Made by a program: the position numbers and the translations under genes. This document shows positions 18,664 to 28,780 of a stretch of DNA of 64,000 nucleotides, piece after piece. The notes beneath the pieces were generated by a model, which ran no database searches, had not been told where the DNA came from, and worked only from the letters and a program-made list of their open reading frames with translations. The stretch's first letter is position 1. Each line of letters begins with the position of its first letter. The stretch covers positions 7,748 through 71,747 of the forward strand of contig JBAYGI010000005.1 in NCBI GenBank assembly GCA_041666745.1, written 5' to 3'. The stretch is from Candidatus Magasanikiibacteriota bacterium. GTDB taxonomy: Bacteria > Patescibacteriota > Patescibacteriia > Magasanikbacterales > GWA2-37-8.

Positions 18664-19899
18664 TTATTCATAACGCAACGCTTCAATCGGATCCAATTGG
18701 CTGGCGCGTCGCGCCGGTACAATACCAAAGATCAAACCAATACCGACAGATACAACACACCCTACCACAATCGCCGAAATAGAAATCGCAAAATCCCAAT
18801 CATATCCCATATTCTGCGCCACTTTGGCCACAATATACGAAATTAAAATTCCTAAAATAATTCCGATAATTCCACCGATAAAAGTAATCCCAATGGATTC
18901 AATTAAAAACTGCTGAACGATATGACGATTTTTCGCGCCCAAGGCCTTTCGCAAACCAATCTCACGCGTGCGTTCTTGCACAGCCGCCAACATTATATTC
19001 ATAATCCCCACACCACCGACCAACAATGCAATAGAAGCCACGGCGGCGAGGAAAAATTTTAGAGCATTGGTAATTTTCGTAATTGCATCCAAACTTTGCG
19101 CCATAGAACGAACCGAAAAATCATCGTCTTCCGGCCGATCTATTTTGTGTCGTTCACGCAAAATCACATTTGCCTGATCCATCGCGTCATCTATATGATC
19201 GGCACTATCCACTTTCAAACGAGCAAAAGAAATATAATCAATACCCAACAAAAGTTTTTGCGCTGTGGTTATGGGAACAAAAATTTGATTATCCTGATTT
19301 TGCATACCGGAAGATCCGCGCGCGGCCATCACGCCGATAATATTAAAAGAAGTTTTTTTGATTTTTATTTGTTGGCCGATTGGATCTTGATCATCAAATA
19401 AATCTTTTGCGGTTTGACTGGCTAACACCGCTACTCGCGCGGAACCTTTGTCTTCATCATCGGTAAAAAAACGACCACTGGCGACTTTGGCGTCTTCTAC
19501 TTCCGGCAACGCCGCGTTCACACCAACAAAAGTGGTGTCGGTTTTTTGATCACCCCACACAACAGTATCTGTACCTTTTACATATCCGGTTGCCGCAATA
19601 AAATGTGGATATTCTTTGAGCAGTGCTTCAATATCATCTTCTTTCAACGAGGTGATAAGCACACCCATCACCGAAGCGGGCGGGCCTTTTTCGTCGGATT
19701 TTCCCGGAAGCACGCCAATTAAATTTGAGCCCAAACTTTTTACTTGATTGATAATCAAGCTCTGCGCGCCGGCACCGACCGACATCACGATAATCACGGC
19801 CATCACGCCGATAATAATCCCAAGCATCGTCAAAAACGACCGTATTTTATTACGACCGATTATGTGCCAGACGCTATGGATGTTTTCGGCGAGGTTCAT
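18664..19899 (-). CDS. MacB-like ABC transporter permease, paralog
   Basis: 411 aa with the same architecture. C-terminus …IVPARRASQLDPIEALRYE. Confidence 0.75.
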   Translation of the reverse strand: MNLAENIHSVWHIIGRNKIRSFLTMLGIIIGVMAVIIVMSVGAGAQSLIINQVKSLGSNLIGVLPGKSDEKGPPASVMGVLITSLKEDDIEALLKEYPHFIAATGYVKGTDTVVWGDQKTDTTFVGVNAALPEVEDAKVASGRFFTDDEDKGSARVAVLASQTAKDLFDDQDPIGQQIKIKKTSFNIIGVMAARGSSGMQNQDNQIFVPITTAQKLLLGIDYISFARLKVDSADHIDDAMDQANVILRERHKIDRPEDDDFSVRSMAQSLDAITKITNALKFFLAAVASIALLVGGVGIMNIMLAAVQERTREIGLRKALGAKNRHIVQQFLIESIGITFIGGIIGIILGILISYIVAKVAQNMGYDWDFAISISAIVVGCVVSVGIGLIFGIVPARRASQLDPIEALRYE

Positions 19900-19903
19900 G
19901 TAA

Positions 19904-20626
19904 TTATTTTATTAGATCCTCGGCGCCGTCGGCCATTAGGCGGTCTTTAACTTTTTCGTCACTGCTTATTTCTCCGTCTTTTATTCGCAAAATTCTTTTG
20001 GCGTGATCGGCGGTGTATTTTTCGTGTGTTACCAAAATTATAGTATGACCTTCTTTATTTAATTTTTGCAAAATTTTCATTACTTGCAAACCGGATTTAC
20101 TGTCTAAATTTCCGGTTGGTTCATCGGCAAAAATTACCGAGGGATTATTCACCAATGCGCGCGCGATTGCTACGCGCTGTTTTTCACCACCAGATAATTG
20201 GTTTGGTTGATAATTTTCACGATGTGATAATCCTACCGCGGCCAGCGCTTCTTTGGCGCGCTTGCGACGATCCTTGGCAGAAACATTGGAATATACCAAA
20301 GGCAATTCCACATTTTCCAAAACTGTGGTGCGAGGTAAAAGATGAAATGCTTGAAATACAAAACCAACTTCACTCCCGCGCATATCGGCCAACTCATCAT
20401 CGCTTAAAGTACTGACATCACGGCCATTAAAAACAAATTTTCCACAGCTGTGCTTATCCAAAAAACCCAAAATATGCATTAGGGTAGATTTGCCGGAACC
20501 AGACGGTCCCATTATCGCCACGAATTCCCCTTTTTCTATTGTGAAATTCAAATGATGCAAGACTTTGGTGGTCAAGTCCTCATTAACATAATCTTTACAA
20601 AGATCTGTTATTTCTATTAATGCCAT
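19904..20626 (-). CDS. ABC transporter ATP-binding protein (MacB/LolD family)
   Basis: Walker [10 protein letters not shown], signature [15 protein letters not shown], Walker [12 protein letters not shown]. Confidence 0.85.
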   Translation of the reverse strand: MALIEITDLCKDYVNEDLTTKVLHHLNFTIEKGEFVAIMGPSGSGKSTLMHILGFLDKHSCGKFVFNGRDVSTLSDDELADMRGSEVGFVFQAFHLLPRTTVLENVELPLVYSNVSAKDRRKRAKEALAAVGLSHRENYQPNQLSGGEKQRVAIARALVNNPSVIFADEPTGNLDSKSGLQVMKILQKLNKEGHTIILVTHEKYTADHAKRILRIKDGEISSDEKVKDRLMADGAEDLIK

Positions 20627-20627
20627 A

Positions 20628-22229
20628 TTATTTTGCGTTTGGATCTTTGATGCTTAAAATAACATCTTGGCCTTCTGTTAGACCTTCCACAATTTCTACT
20701 TTTCCATCATCAGCTTTCAAACCAATTTTTACTTCTACATCTTTTTCTTTTCCATTCTCCAAAACTTTTACATATTTGCCACTGTTTGTGCGTAAAGTTC
20801 TAAATGGAATATATAATACACTTTGTCGAGTTGCGCCTTTTACTATCACATTGGCAGTCATACCCGGTTTAACTTCTTTGTCGGTTTTATCCAAAGATAC
20901 CGTCACTTTGTAATACACTACATCTTGAATTTCTGTTGAAGCTAATTCAATTTGAGTAATTTTTCCGGTAAATTTCACATCATTACCAAAAGCGTCCAAA
21001 GTTATACCAGTAGTATCACCAACTTTTATTTTTGAAACATCGGTTTCTGGAATATCCACTTTTATCTGATAATTTGGCGCCAACACATTCATAATAATAT
21101 CTGCCGAAGTAACATTCTCACCAATTTTTTTATTTATTTTTGTCATTACTCCATCTATCGGTGATCGCACAGTGGCTTTATCACGATTGGCAATAGCCTG
21201 TGTCAAAGCGGCACGATATGATGCAATATCCACTTCACGCGGAGGGTTTTTGGCGTCATTTAAAGCAGATTGAGCTTTGTTTACTATTGCCTGATAAGAC
21301 ACATAACTATTTCGCGCGGTAATAATCGCATGTGCTTCATCGACAATGGTCGCATACTTCGTAGACAAAGTTGTGCGTGTAGTTTGAATACTGGTTTTCA
21401 TCGCATCTAGAGCTGTTTGGGTTAGAGTGCCGGAAGGTGGGGTCTTGTCCAGAACACCGGAAACATAAAACAAACAATCTTTCATCGCCAACATCGCTTC
21501 CTCTGATTTTTCAACCGCCTTATCGATATCCGTGTGTGAAGAATTCTTGGTGATAGAGTTCGCTACCGTGTCAAAATCAGTTTTAATTTGTTTGGCTACC
21601 AAATATTGACTTTTTGCCGGATTCAAATAACTATAATCATAAATTGATAAATAACTTTCAAAACTATCGTTAGCAAAACTATTATCAATTCCCAAAACGT
21701 TATCCGCCGCGGTTAGCGATGTGGATAATACAATTTGTACAGACTGCAAACTAACCACCAAATCATCATAGGCATTTTGAACCAATTTACTATCTTCAAT
21801 ACCATCACCGGTTCCCTTAGCTTGCATCAAATCATTTTTGGCTTTCTCTAGAGCAGACTGTAATTGCGCAATATATTCAGGTGTATTTCCGGCGAGTTGT
21901 TTGTTTAAATTGGCGTTTGCTTGCTCCACTGCCGCATTCAAATCCGCCGCTCTCAAATTCGCCAACACCTGTCCGGCTCTGACAGTTTGACCTTCTTTGG
22001 CGTATAAATTCTGAATAATACCGGAAATTTCAAACCTCAAAGGCAAGTCCTGCGCTGATTCGATTTTTCCTGTTGCATCAATGGTTTGAATCAGATCACC
22101 ACGCGTTACTTTGACAGTCTCATACACCGGTGGCGCGTTCTTTTTTTGGTATTGACTATATCCAAAATATCCGGCGATGGCGATTATCACCAGAATAAAA
22201 TAAAAACTTTTTCTCTTGAATATACTCAT
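20628..22229 (-). CDS. HlyD/MacA-family periplasmic adaptor with long coiled coil
   Basis: 533 aa. N-terminal TM, a long alpha-helical hairpin region, and C-terminal beta-barrel/lipoyl-like segments. Confidence 0.65.
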   Translation of the reverse strand: MSIFKRKSFYFILVIIAIAGYFGYSQYQKKNAPPVYETVKVTRGDLIQTIDATGKIESAQDLPLRFEISGIIQNLYAKEGQTVRAGQVLANLRAADLNAAVEQANANLNKQLAGNTPEYIAQLQSALEKAKNDLMQAKGTGDGIEDSKLVQNAYDDLVVSLQSVQIVLSTSLTAADNVLGIDNSFANDSFESYLSIYDYSYLNPAKSQYLVAKQIKTDFDTVANSITKNSSHTDIDKAVEKSEEAMLAMKDCLFYVSGVLDKTPPSGTLTQTALDAMKTSIQTTRTTLSTKYATIVDEAHAIITARNSYVSYQAIVNKAQSALNDAKNPPREVDIASYRAALTQAIANRDKATVRSPIDGVMTKINKKIGENVTSADIIMNVLAPNYQIKVDIPETDVSKIKVGDTTGITLDAFGNDVKFTGKITQIELASTEIQDVVYYKVTVSLDKTDKEVKPGMTANVIVKGATRQSVLYIPFRTLRTNSGKYVKVLENGKEKDVEVKIGLKADDGKVEIVEGLTEGQDVILSIKDPNAK

Positions 22230-22239
22230 ATATATTATA

Positions 22240-23694
22240 TTAATTTTTTTCCCAAGGTTGGGCGGAATTTAAAAATTTATCTTTAATTTTAAAAAAATAT
22301 TCTTTGGCTTCACTGTAATCATTTTTTATTTTTCCATCCAAAATCGCTTCCTCAATCGCTTCTTTTATTTTACCAATAGTTGGCCCGGATTTCAACCCAC
22401 ATGCTTTCATAATTTCGTCTCCTCTAAACGGTGACTGAAAAGCTCGTAGTTTATCGCGCTCCAACACTTGGGCAATCCGTTCTTCGAGGTGGTCGTAATT
22501 TTTTAAACGTTTTTCTTTTTTATTTGGATTGCCGGTCGTAATATCACTACGCCCCAAAATTAACAAGTCGTCAATTTCATCTCCCAAGCTCACTATCAAA
22601 CGCCGAACGGCTGAATCGGTAATACCTTCATCCATCAGGCTTATCGGCTGTTGATGCCAACGTACCAGTTTGGCCAAGTAAGCGGTTTTATCATTGGCAA
22701 TGCGCAATCGTTTACACAATTTTATAACAATTTTTTCTCCAAAAAATTCATGGGCGTGAAATGTCCAACCAATACCGCTGGCAAATCTCTTGGTTTTTGG
22801 TTTTCCAATATCGTGAAACAAACCGGCCAAACGCAACCAAATATTTTCACTGCGCAAGGCAATATTGTCCACTACTTTAAAAGTGTGGATTAAATTATTT
22901 TTGTGTTGATGTCCAAAAACTTCTTCTACTCCATCGAGAGCGACCACTTCCGGTAAAATAATATCCAACAATCCGGTTTGAAACATTAAAACCAAACACA
23001 CCGACGGAGTTTTGACCGCCAACATTTTCAATAATTCTTCCTGAACACGCTCAGCGGAAATTATTTTCAAACGCTCACAGTTTTTGTGAATTGATTCCAA
23101 AGTTTTTTTATCAATTCCAAATTCCAACTGACCGGCGAAACGAATAGCTCGCAACATTCGTAGTGGATCGTCGCTAAATGTAATATCTGGATCTAGCGGA
23201 GTACAAAGAATTTTATTTTGTAAATCTTTTTGTCCATTGAACGGATCAACTATTTGACTAATTATTTTTTTGACAGATGGCTTCAATAATCCCGCAAACG
23301 CCAAGACCGGCACGGCCATCGCGTTGACCGTAAAGTCACGTCGAGATAAATCATTTTCCAAAGTAGCGGTTTGAACTTTTGGTTTACGCGAAGTAGCTTC
23401 GTAATTTTCTGATCTCGCTCCGGCAAATTCTACGACTGTTTGTTTTTCACCCTCTCCCAACACATATCTGGCGGTATCAAAATCTGGAAATTCCACCAAA
23501 CTGCCCGACATTTTCATAAAAACATCAAATTTTTTGGCGAATTCCAAACCACTGCCAACTACCACAAAATCTATATCCTTTTTTTGTTCTCTTCCCAAAA
23601 TATAATCACGCACAAAACCACCAACCGCATAAACCGGTGTTTTTTCTTTTTTGGAACAGGTGTTGATTTTCTTTATAATTTTAAATACTTCCAT
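22240..23694 (-). CDS. cca: tRNA nucleotidyltransferase (CCA-adding enzyme) with HD domain
   Basis: PolyA-polymerase head motif GGFVRDYILGREQKKDIDFVV plus a C-terminal HD (…HDIGK…) region. Confidence 0.7.
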   Translation of the reverse strand: MEVFKIIKKINTCSKKEKTPVYAVGGFVRDYILGREQKKDIDFVVVGSGLEFAKKFDVFMKMSGSLVEFPDFDTARYVLGEGEKQTVVEFAGARSENYEATSRKPKVQTATLENDLSRRDFTVNAMAVPVLAFAGLLKPSVKKIISQIVDPFNGQKDLQNKILCTPLDPDITFSDDPLRMLRAIRFAGQLEFGIDKKTLESIHKNCERLKIISAERVQEELLKMLAVKTPSVCLVLMFQTGLLDIILPEVVALDGVEEVFGHQHKNNLIHTFKVVDNIALRSENIWLRLAGLFHDIGKPKTKRFASGIGWTFHAHEFFGEKIVIKLCKRLRIANDKTAYLAKLVRWHQQPISLMDEGITDSAVRRLIVSLGDEIDDLLILGRSDITTGNPNKKEKRLKNYDHLEERIAQVLERDKLRAFQSPFRGDEIMKACGLKSGPTIGKIKEAIEEAILDGKIKNDYSEAKEYFFKIKDKFLNSAQPWEKN

Positions 23695-23700
23695 AATTGA

Positions 23701-24735
23701 CTAAACTGATTTGTTACGACCAGAACGCTTTTCTGCGGTTTCTTCGGTAATCAATTTTTCTTTAAGCAATTGTTTGATAGAATTTTCCATACTCACCATA
23801 CCATCTTTGGATCCGGTTTGAATGGAAGATTTAATTTGATTGGTACTGTTTTCTTTGATCAAATTGGCCACACCCGAAGTGTTGACCAAAATTTCTCTGG
23901 CCGGAACACGACCACCATCTGTGGATGGCAATAACTGCTGAGCGACCACTACTTTCAAAACTGCGGATAATTGAATCAAAATTTGTTTTTGTTTTGATCC
24001 CTCAAACACATCGACAATACGCTCCACCGCTTCAGCCGCACTACTAGTATGTAGTGTAGATAACACCAAATGCCCGGTCTCCGCGGCGGTCAAAACTGTA
24101 GCGATGGTTTCCGGATCACGCATTTCACCAACCAAAATCACATTTGGATCCTGACGCAAAACGTGTTTTAGAGCGTTAGCAAAAGAATTTGTATCGGTAC
24201 CAACTTCACGCTGTTCAATTAAACATTTTTTATCTTCAAACAAAAATTCGATTGGGTCTTCGATTGTGACGATATGCGCTTTACGATTTTTATTTATTTC
24301 TTCAACGATAGATGCTAGGGTGGTAGATTTTCCACAACCGGTCGGGCCAGTTACCAAAACCAAACCATCCAACATGTTGGATACTTCTTTTAAAATCGGT
24401 TCAAAACGTAAATCTTCCGGGCTGGGAATAACAGCCGGAATCAAACGCGCGCTCAACCCGATAACATCTTCTTGGCGATGCAAATTCACACGAAAACGCA
24501 CTTCGTCTTGTTCGTAACTAAAATCCAATTCTTTTTCTTCTTCAAAACGATCTTTTTGTTCTTTATTGATTAATTCTTCAAAAACAGATACCTCCAATTC
24601 TTTGGCATTGAGTGGTTTTTGGTCTATTTCTTTTAATTCGCCTTCTACTCGAATCATCGGCAGTTCATTGCCAACCAAATGCAAGTCTGACGCTTCTTCT
24701 TTTATTGCTTCTTTAAAGTATTGTTTAATACTCAT
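23701..24735 (-). CDS. pilT: type IV pilus retraction ATPase PilT
   Basis: 344 aa. Walker A GPTGCGKSTT with PilT-type Asp box and His box. Confidence 0.85.
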   Translation of the reverse strand: MSIKQYFKEAIKEEASDLHLVGNELPMIRVEGELKEIDQKPLNAKELEVSVFEELINKEQKDRFEEEKELDFSYEQDEVRFRVNLHRQEDVIGLSARLIPAVIPSPEDLRFEPILKEVSNMLDGLVLVTGPTGCGKSTTLASIVEEINKNRKAHIVTIEDPIEFLFEDKKCLIEQREVGTDTNSFANALKHVLRQDPNVILVGEMRDPETIATVLTAAETGHLVLSTLHTSSAAEAVERIVDVFEGSKQKQILIQLSAVLKVVVAQQLLPSTDGGRVPAREILVNTSGVANLIKENSTNQIKSSIQTGSKDGMVSMENSIKQLLKEKLITEETAEKRSGRNKSV

Positions 24736-24878
24736 AAAAATAAAATAATAACTAAAAATAGCTTAATCCGCTAAATTAAGTATATCATTAAAATTAAAAC
24801 TTGAAAAGCGCAAAAAAGTGTGCTACGCTGAGGTTGACAACCCGCCGTCGCTCCTTCGGAGCTATGGCGAGGCGAGGA

Positions 24879-24951
24879 CGGGCTGTAGCGCAGTTGGTAG
24901 CGCGCGTGGTTCGGGACCACGAGGTCGCAGGTTCAAATCCTGTCAGCCCGA
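24879..24951 (+). tRNA. tRNA-Pro (anticodon CGG)
   Basis: CGGGCTGTAGCGCAGTTGGTAGCGCGCGTGGTTCGGGACCACGAGGTCGCAGGTTCAAATCCTGTCAGCCCGA with C1:G72. Putative promoter TTGAAA-17-TACGCT at 24801-24829. Confidence 0.8.
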
Positions 24952-26409
24952 CAATTCGGCAAAAGAGCAGTTTTTGGAGACCTCTGCCATACTTTGGTAG
25001 GGGTCTTTTAGTTTAAAACTAGCCAAAGTTTTGTTTTCAATAGTAAGGTTCCAAAGTATATTTCCGAGCACATTACGTTTTCTCAAATCATCACGTTGTT
25101 CAAATTCTTTTTTGGCTCTACTGGCGGTTAAAAACTTGTTTTTCGTAAGTTCCAAAGTAGTTTCACTGTTAAAATGTTTTTGTTGTAATGTTTTAAGTTG
25201 GCTTTCAGTAGCGGTAACTTCGTTGTTCAATGATTGTATTTTTGCGTTGTAGAGGTCTTCGGATACGTTACCGGCCAAATAGCTGTCCACGAGCTTGGAT
25301 TGCTTCTCACGGGCAAGCGTAAGCTGTTTGGTGAGATTCTGTAAGGCGGTTTCGGTATAGGTTTTGTCGTGTCCTAACTCTTCCTTTTTAGCTAAATACA
25401 TTATTTCGATTATTTCCTCGTCAAATTCAATATCGCTAAATATTTTAGACATGATATTATCGACACTTTCCGAGCGTAGGTATTTTTTGTGCTGTTCACA
25501 GTTGCCTTTGCCATTAGTGCAGTAATAATAATCGTGGCCTTTTTTGTTGGTAGCGGTTAAGGCACAACCGCAGACATGGCAGTTCATTAAACCACGATGT
25601 AGAAAATTGTGGGTTTGCTTCCGGCTTTTGTTTTTGCCATTGATAATGCTTTGAACATTATCAAAAAGTTCTTGACCGACAATCGAGGTGTGAGTGCCAA
25701 CAAAATATTTTCCGTTCTGCACAACAAAACCGCAATGTACCGGATTAGTAAGCGCGCGATGTAAAACGCTTTTGTGGACTTTGTAACCGCCGAGCGTTCG
25801 CAAACCTTTGTCGTACATGACATTTACTAAATCCTTTATGCTGTAATTTCCTGTTTCGTAAAGATTAAACATTTCCACTATGTTCGGTGCCCGAACCGGA
25901 TCAGGATAAATAATCTTGTTGGCTTTATCATTTAAATATCCAAACGGGGCTTTTGTCGGCCAACCGCCTTTTTCTATTTTCGTTCGTATTCCTCTTTTTA
26001 CGTTCGTGCTTAAATCGTCAACATATTTTTTGGCAATACCAAAATCTAAACTCATGAAAAATTTATCGTCCGAGATATTTTTGTAAATCTTTTCAAAAGT
26101 TCGAATTTCCACAATTAGTTTTCTGTCCATGAACCAAGATAATTGGCCACCGTCCAAAGCGTTGCGAGCGAGGCGGTCTAATTTCCAAACGTATAAAACA
26201 CATTGGCCACGTTTTTCAATATAGGCCATTACTTCTTTGAAAACTGGACGACCCGGAGCTTTGGCCGACATACTTTCGCTAAATATCTTGTCAAAAACAA
26301 TACCGTCCCGTTCAGCAAGGCGTTTCATTTCGTTTGTTTGTGATTCAATTGATAAAACTTGTCGATCCTCGGATTCAGTGGATTTGCGACAATAAGCGAT
26401 GTATTTCAT
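24943..26409 (-). CDS. large serine recombinase (integrase)
   Basis: N-terminal resolvase catalytic domain (MKYIAYCRKSTESEDRQVLSIESQ), recombinase domain, Cys-rich zinc ribbon, coiled coil. The 3' end overlaps the tRNA-Pro 3' end by 9 nt. Confidence 0.8.
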   Translation of the reverse strand: MKYIAYCRKSTESEDRQVLSIESQTNEMKRLAERDGIVFDKIFSESMSAKAPGRPVFKEVMAYIEKRGQCVLYVWKLDRLARNALDGGQLSWFMDRKLIVEIRTFEKIYKNISDDKFFMSLDFGIAKKYVDDLSTNVKRGIRTKIEKGGWPTKAPFGYLNDKANKIIYPDPVRAPNIVEMFNLYETGNYSIKDLVNVMYDKGLRTLGGYKVHKSVLHRALTNPVHCGFVVQNGKYFVGTHTSIVGQELFDNVQSIINGKNKSRKQTHNFLHRGLMNCHVCGCALTATNKKGHDYYYCTNGKGNCEQHKKYLRSESVDNIMSKIFSDIEFDEEIIEIMYLAKKEELGHDKTYTETALQNLTKQLTLAREKQSKLVDSYLAGNVSEDLYNAKIQSLNNEVTATESQLKTLQQKHFNSETTLELTKNKFLTASRAKKEFEQRDDLRKRNVLGNILWNLTIENKTLASFKLKDPYQSMAEVSKNCSFAELSG

Positions 26410-26429
26410 AACAAGAAAAATTAAGATTG

Positions 26430-27239
26430 TTACTGAGGCTTATTTAACACCAAATCAAACAGCCATGCAAGTGCTTTCGGATCGTTCCTAACGTCGTAAG
26501 TTGTTCTTGTTATTTTTCCACAATGTTTGTTATCAAAACTCACCGTGTTAATTTTCGTTTCTTCCGGCAACAATTCCACCACTAAACTAACCAAATCTTT
26601 ATCATACAAAACCGTCCAGCGTTTCAATCCCTTACTGGCAAAATATTTCTTTCGACCTTTTAATCTTCCGTCTTTCAAATTCTTTGTCATATACTTTACC
26701 ATATACCGGCCAAGGTCTTTTACATTTCGTACCGACTTCACGTTAATATTTCCATGTCGCCATATTCGTTTTATTTCGTCATACACTTTTTCAATAAATG
26801 GCAGATTGAAAAACAAAACATGATAGTGAATTACACCCTCTCTTGTTTTGTCTTGAAACTCCGTAACGGCGATGTAATGCAAAAAGTGTTTTTTTGAACC
26901 GCCAACAAAATAGTTAAGGCGTTGCATAGCGACCTTAAAAAAACTACTGGCAATATCCAAATCACGAATATCGTCCTCAAAAGTGAATGTAACAAAAATG
27001 GGCAGGTACGATGTGCCGTTTGCTTTTAACCATTTATGAGCGTTGGAATTTACAAGACGACGGACAGCCGACTTTGCACGATTGGCCGAGCTAATTTCGT
27101 TTTCTTCCGGCGTGGTCAAAGGGTGTCCGGTTGAAGTGTGTTTTTTACGATTGTCGGGGCCATACTTGATTGGCTGTTCCATAAAATCATATTCGACGAT
27201 ATGACCGGCAATCGTTATTTTCTGATTAGTAAATTGCAT
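26430..27239 (-). CDS. rolling-circle replication initiator (HUH Rep, phiX174 gpA/plasmid Rep-like)
   Basis: Motif I PIFVTFTFED, motif II HUH VIHYHVLFF, and motif III with two catalytic Tyr GRYMVKYMTK (YxxKY). Confidence 0.65.
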   Translation of the reverse strand: MQFTNQKITIAGHIVEYDFMEQPIKYGPDNRKKHTSTGHPLTTPEENEISSANRAKSAVRRLVNSNAHKWLKANGTSYLPIFVTFTFEDDIRDLDIASSFFKVAMQRLNYFVGGSKKHFLHYIAVTEFQDKTREGVIHYHVLFFNLPFIEKVYDEIKRIWRHGNINVKSVRNVKDLGRYMVKYMTKNLKDGRLKGRKKYFASKGLKRWTVLYDKDLVSLVVELLPEETKINTVSFDNKHCGKITRTTYDVRNDPKALAWLFDLVLNKPQ

Positions 27240-27269
27240 ATATTTTTCGGCGTAAGTGTTGTTTTAATA

Positions 27270-27400
27270 GAAATAACAGTGAGTGAACGGCGAACCGACG
27301 AGCGAACGAGTGAGCGACGACGAAAGCCTTAATCGGCAAAGCCGGTTTCCACAGGTCGCAATCGGGCAATTATTGCGACCCGTGGAAAGTCAATTAAAGT
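27270..27400. repeat. iteron-like GC-rich direct repeats plus a 16-bp imperfect inverted repeat (putative double-strand origin or recombination site)
   Basis: GAGTGAACGGCGAACCGACGAGCGAACGAGTGAGCGACGACG (degenerate GAG(Y)GAACG units), then TTCCACAGGTCGCAAT…ATTGCGACCCGTGGAA. Confidence 0.4.
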
Positions 27401-27691
27401 GGTGCTGACCGGTCTGGTGGTGGTTCATTGTCCCAGAACAAACCAAAAAGTTCCGCATAGGAATGCAGATATTGATTGGCCTGTTCAATAGTGATAGTTT
27501 TCTTTAAACGGTTTAAAAAATACAGTTGCAGGCGTTCGATGAGTTGTGGACTAAAATCTATGAGCATAGAAAATATTGAGGTTCTATGCCCTTTGTGGAC
27601 GAAATTTCGCTGTGAAACAAAAAAATCCCTTTGTTCTCACGAATCAAAGGGATTTTTTATGTTTACACCAGCCGAGAATTTTCCCGCCTCA

Positions 27692-28732
27692 TCAAACAGG
27701 CTTTAGAAATTCTCTTGATATTTTTGTTGTGTCGTAGATGTTCCGGTCTTTCCAATCATCTCGAAATTCCGGATCGGGTAATAACTTTATTTTTATCCTA
27801 TATTCCATATTTTCTTTGTCAGTTTCATAAAATGGGTCATCGGTAATTTGGAAATAGTCTTTGAGGTGTTGAGTGAGTGTTTGTTTTTGCTTTTTGCGTT
27901 TGGCTTTATCGGTGCCGGACAAGCGAGTGAGTGGAAAAACGCCGTTGCCGAGAGCGAGTAAGTTTAATAACTCCCAGCTTAATTTTGGTTTGGTTTCGTT
28001 GGGTTTGCGTTTGTCGGCAAAGCCCATTTGCTCGTGATTGGCGATGTATTCTTTGGTTTTATGTTTTATTCGCACTTCGTATTGGCTCCGAAAAGCAATT
28101 TCTAAATCTTCCCATTTACTATCCGGTGTTAAGCCAAGTTGTTTGACGGCCTCGGTTGGTTCTTTGGTAGTGGTGATGTTCGGCGATACCTCGTATTCTG
28201 CCAGCAAATTCATGAGCCGATGATGAAATTCATATACAGCACTTTTAATTGAAAACTGGAAACGGTATGACCCTCGCTCTATTCTGTTTTTAATGACTTC
28301 AATTTTCTTTTTAAACGGGATACGCAATATTAAGATTTGGTATGGTGTTTTAGAGAAAGCCAAACCCCAAGTGTCCAATTTCATTTTGTCTTCCTCGTGG
28401 TTTAGATTTTCGATTGGATTGTAAACAAAGCCGATTAAATATTCGTATTGTGCCCATAAGTGAAAGTGGTCAAAGTTGGACATTTGCAATGCAACCATTT
28501 CGTCTGATAGTTTTTGTTTTTCTAAATCCACCATGAAATGATACCAGCGTTTGTTTTCTTCAAAGATTAAGTCCTGTATGAGTGGGGTGGCCTCAACAAA
28601 TGCCATGTAGTCGTAAATTTTGGGAAAATCTACCACAAACACAATATTACCGTCCTTGTTTTTTGTTTCGGTGTAGGTAAGCGAAAAACGACGGTCGAGT
28701 TCTTGTTTGATTGTAGAAGTTGCGGTATTCAT
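27692..28732 (-). CDS. hypothetical protein (possibly cargo of the integrated element)
   Basis: 346-aa ORF with no recognisable motifs. Sits between the putative origin and trmB. Confidence 0.35.
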   Translation of the reverse strand: MNTATSTIKQELDRRFSLTYTETKNKDGNIVFVVDFPKIYDYMAFVEATPLIQDLIFEENKRWYHFMVDLEKQKLSDEMVALQMSNFDHFHLWAQYEYLIGFVYNPIENLNHEEDKMKLDTWGLAFSKTPYQILILRIPFKKKIEVIKNRIERGSYRFQFSIKSAVYEFHHRLMNLLAEYEVSPNITTTKEPTEAVKQLGLTPDSKWEDLEIAFRSQYEVRIKHKTKEYIANHEQMGFADKRKPNETKPKLSWELLNLLALGNGVFPLTRLSGTDKAKRKKQKQTLTQHLKDYFQITDDPFYETDKENMEYRIKIKLLPDPEFRDDWKDRNIYDTTKISREFLKPV

Positions 28733-28780
28733 ACCGCTATATTTTGGACGAAAAAGACGTAAAAGTCAAAGTTGACGAAT

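Larger units (their letters stand above)
24943..27430. mobile_element. integrated rolling-circle plasmid/phage-like element at tRNA-Pro (minimum extent; may continue to about 28760)
   Basis: Integrase overlapping the tRNA 3' end, an RCR Rep, and an iteron-like/inverted-repeat putative origin at 27270-27400. The far boundary was not identified. Confidence 0.45.
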
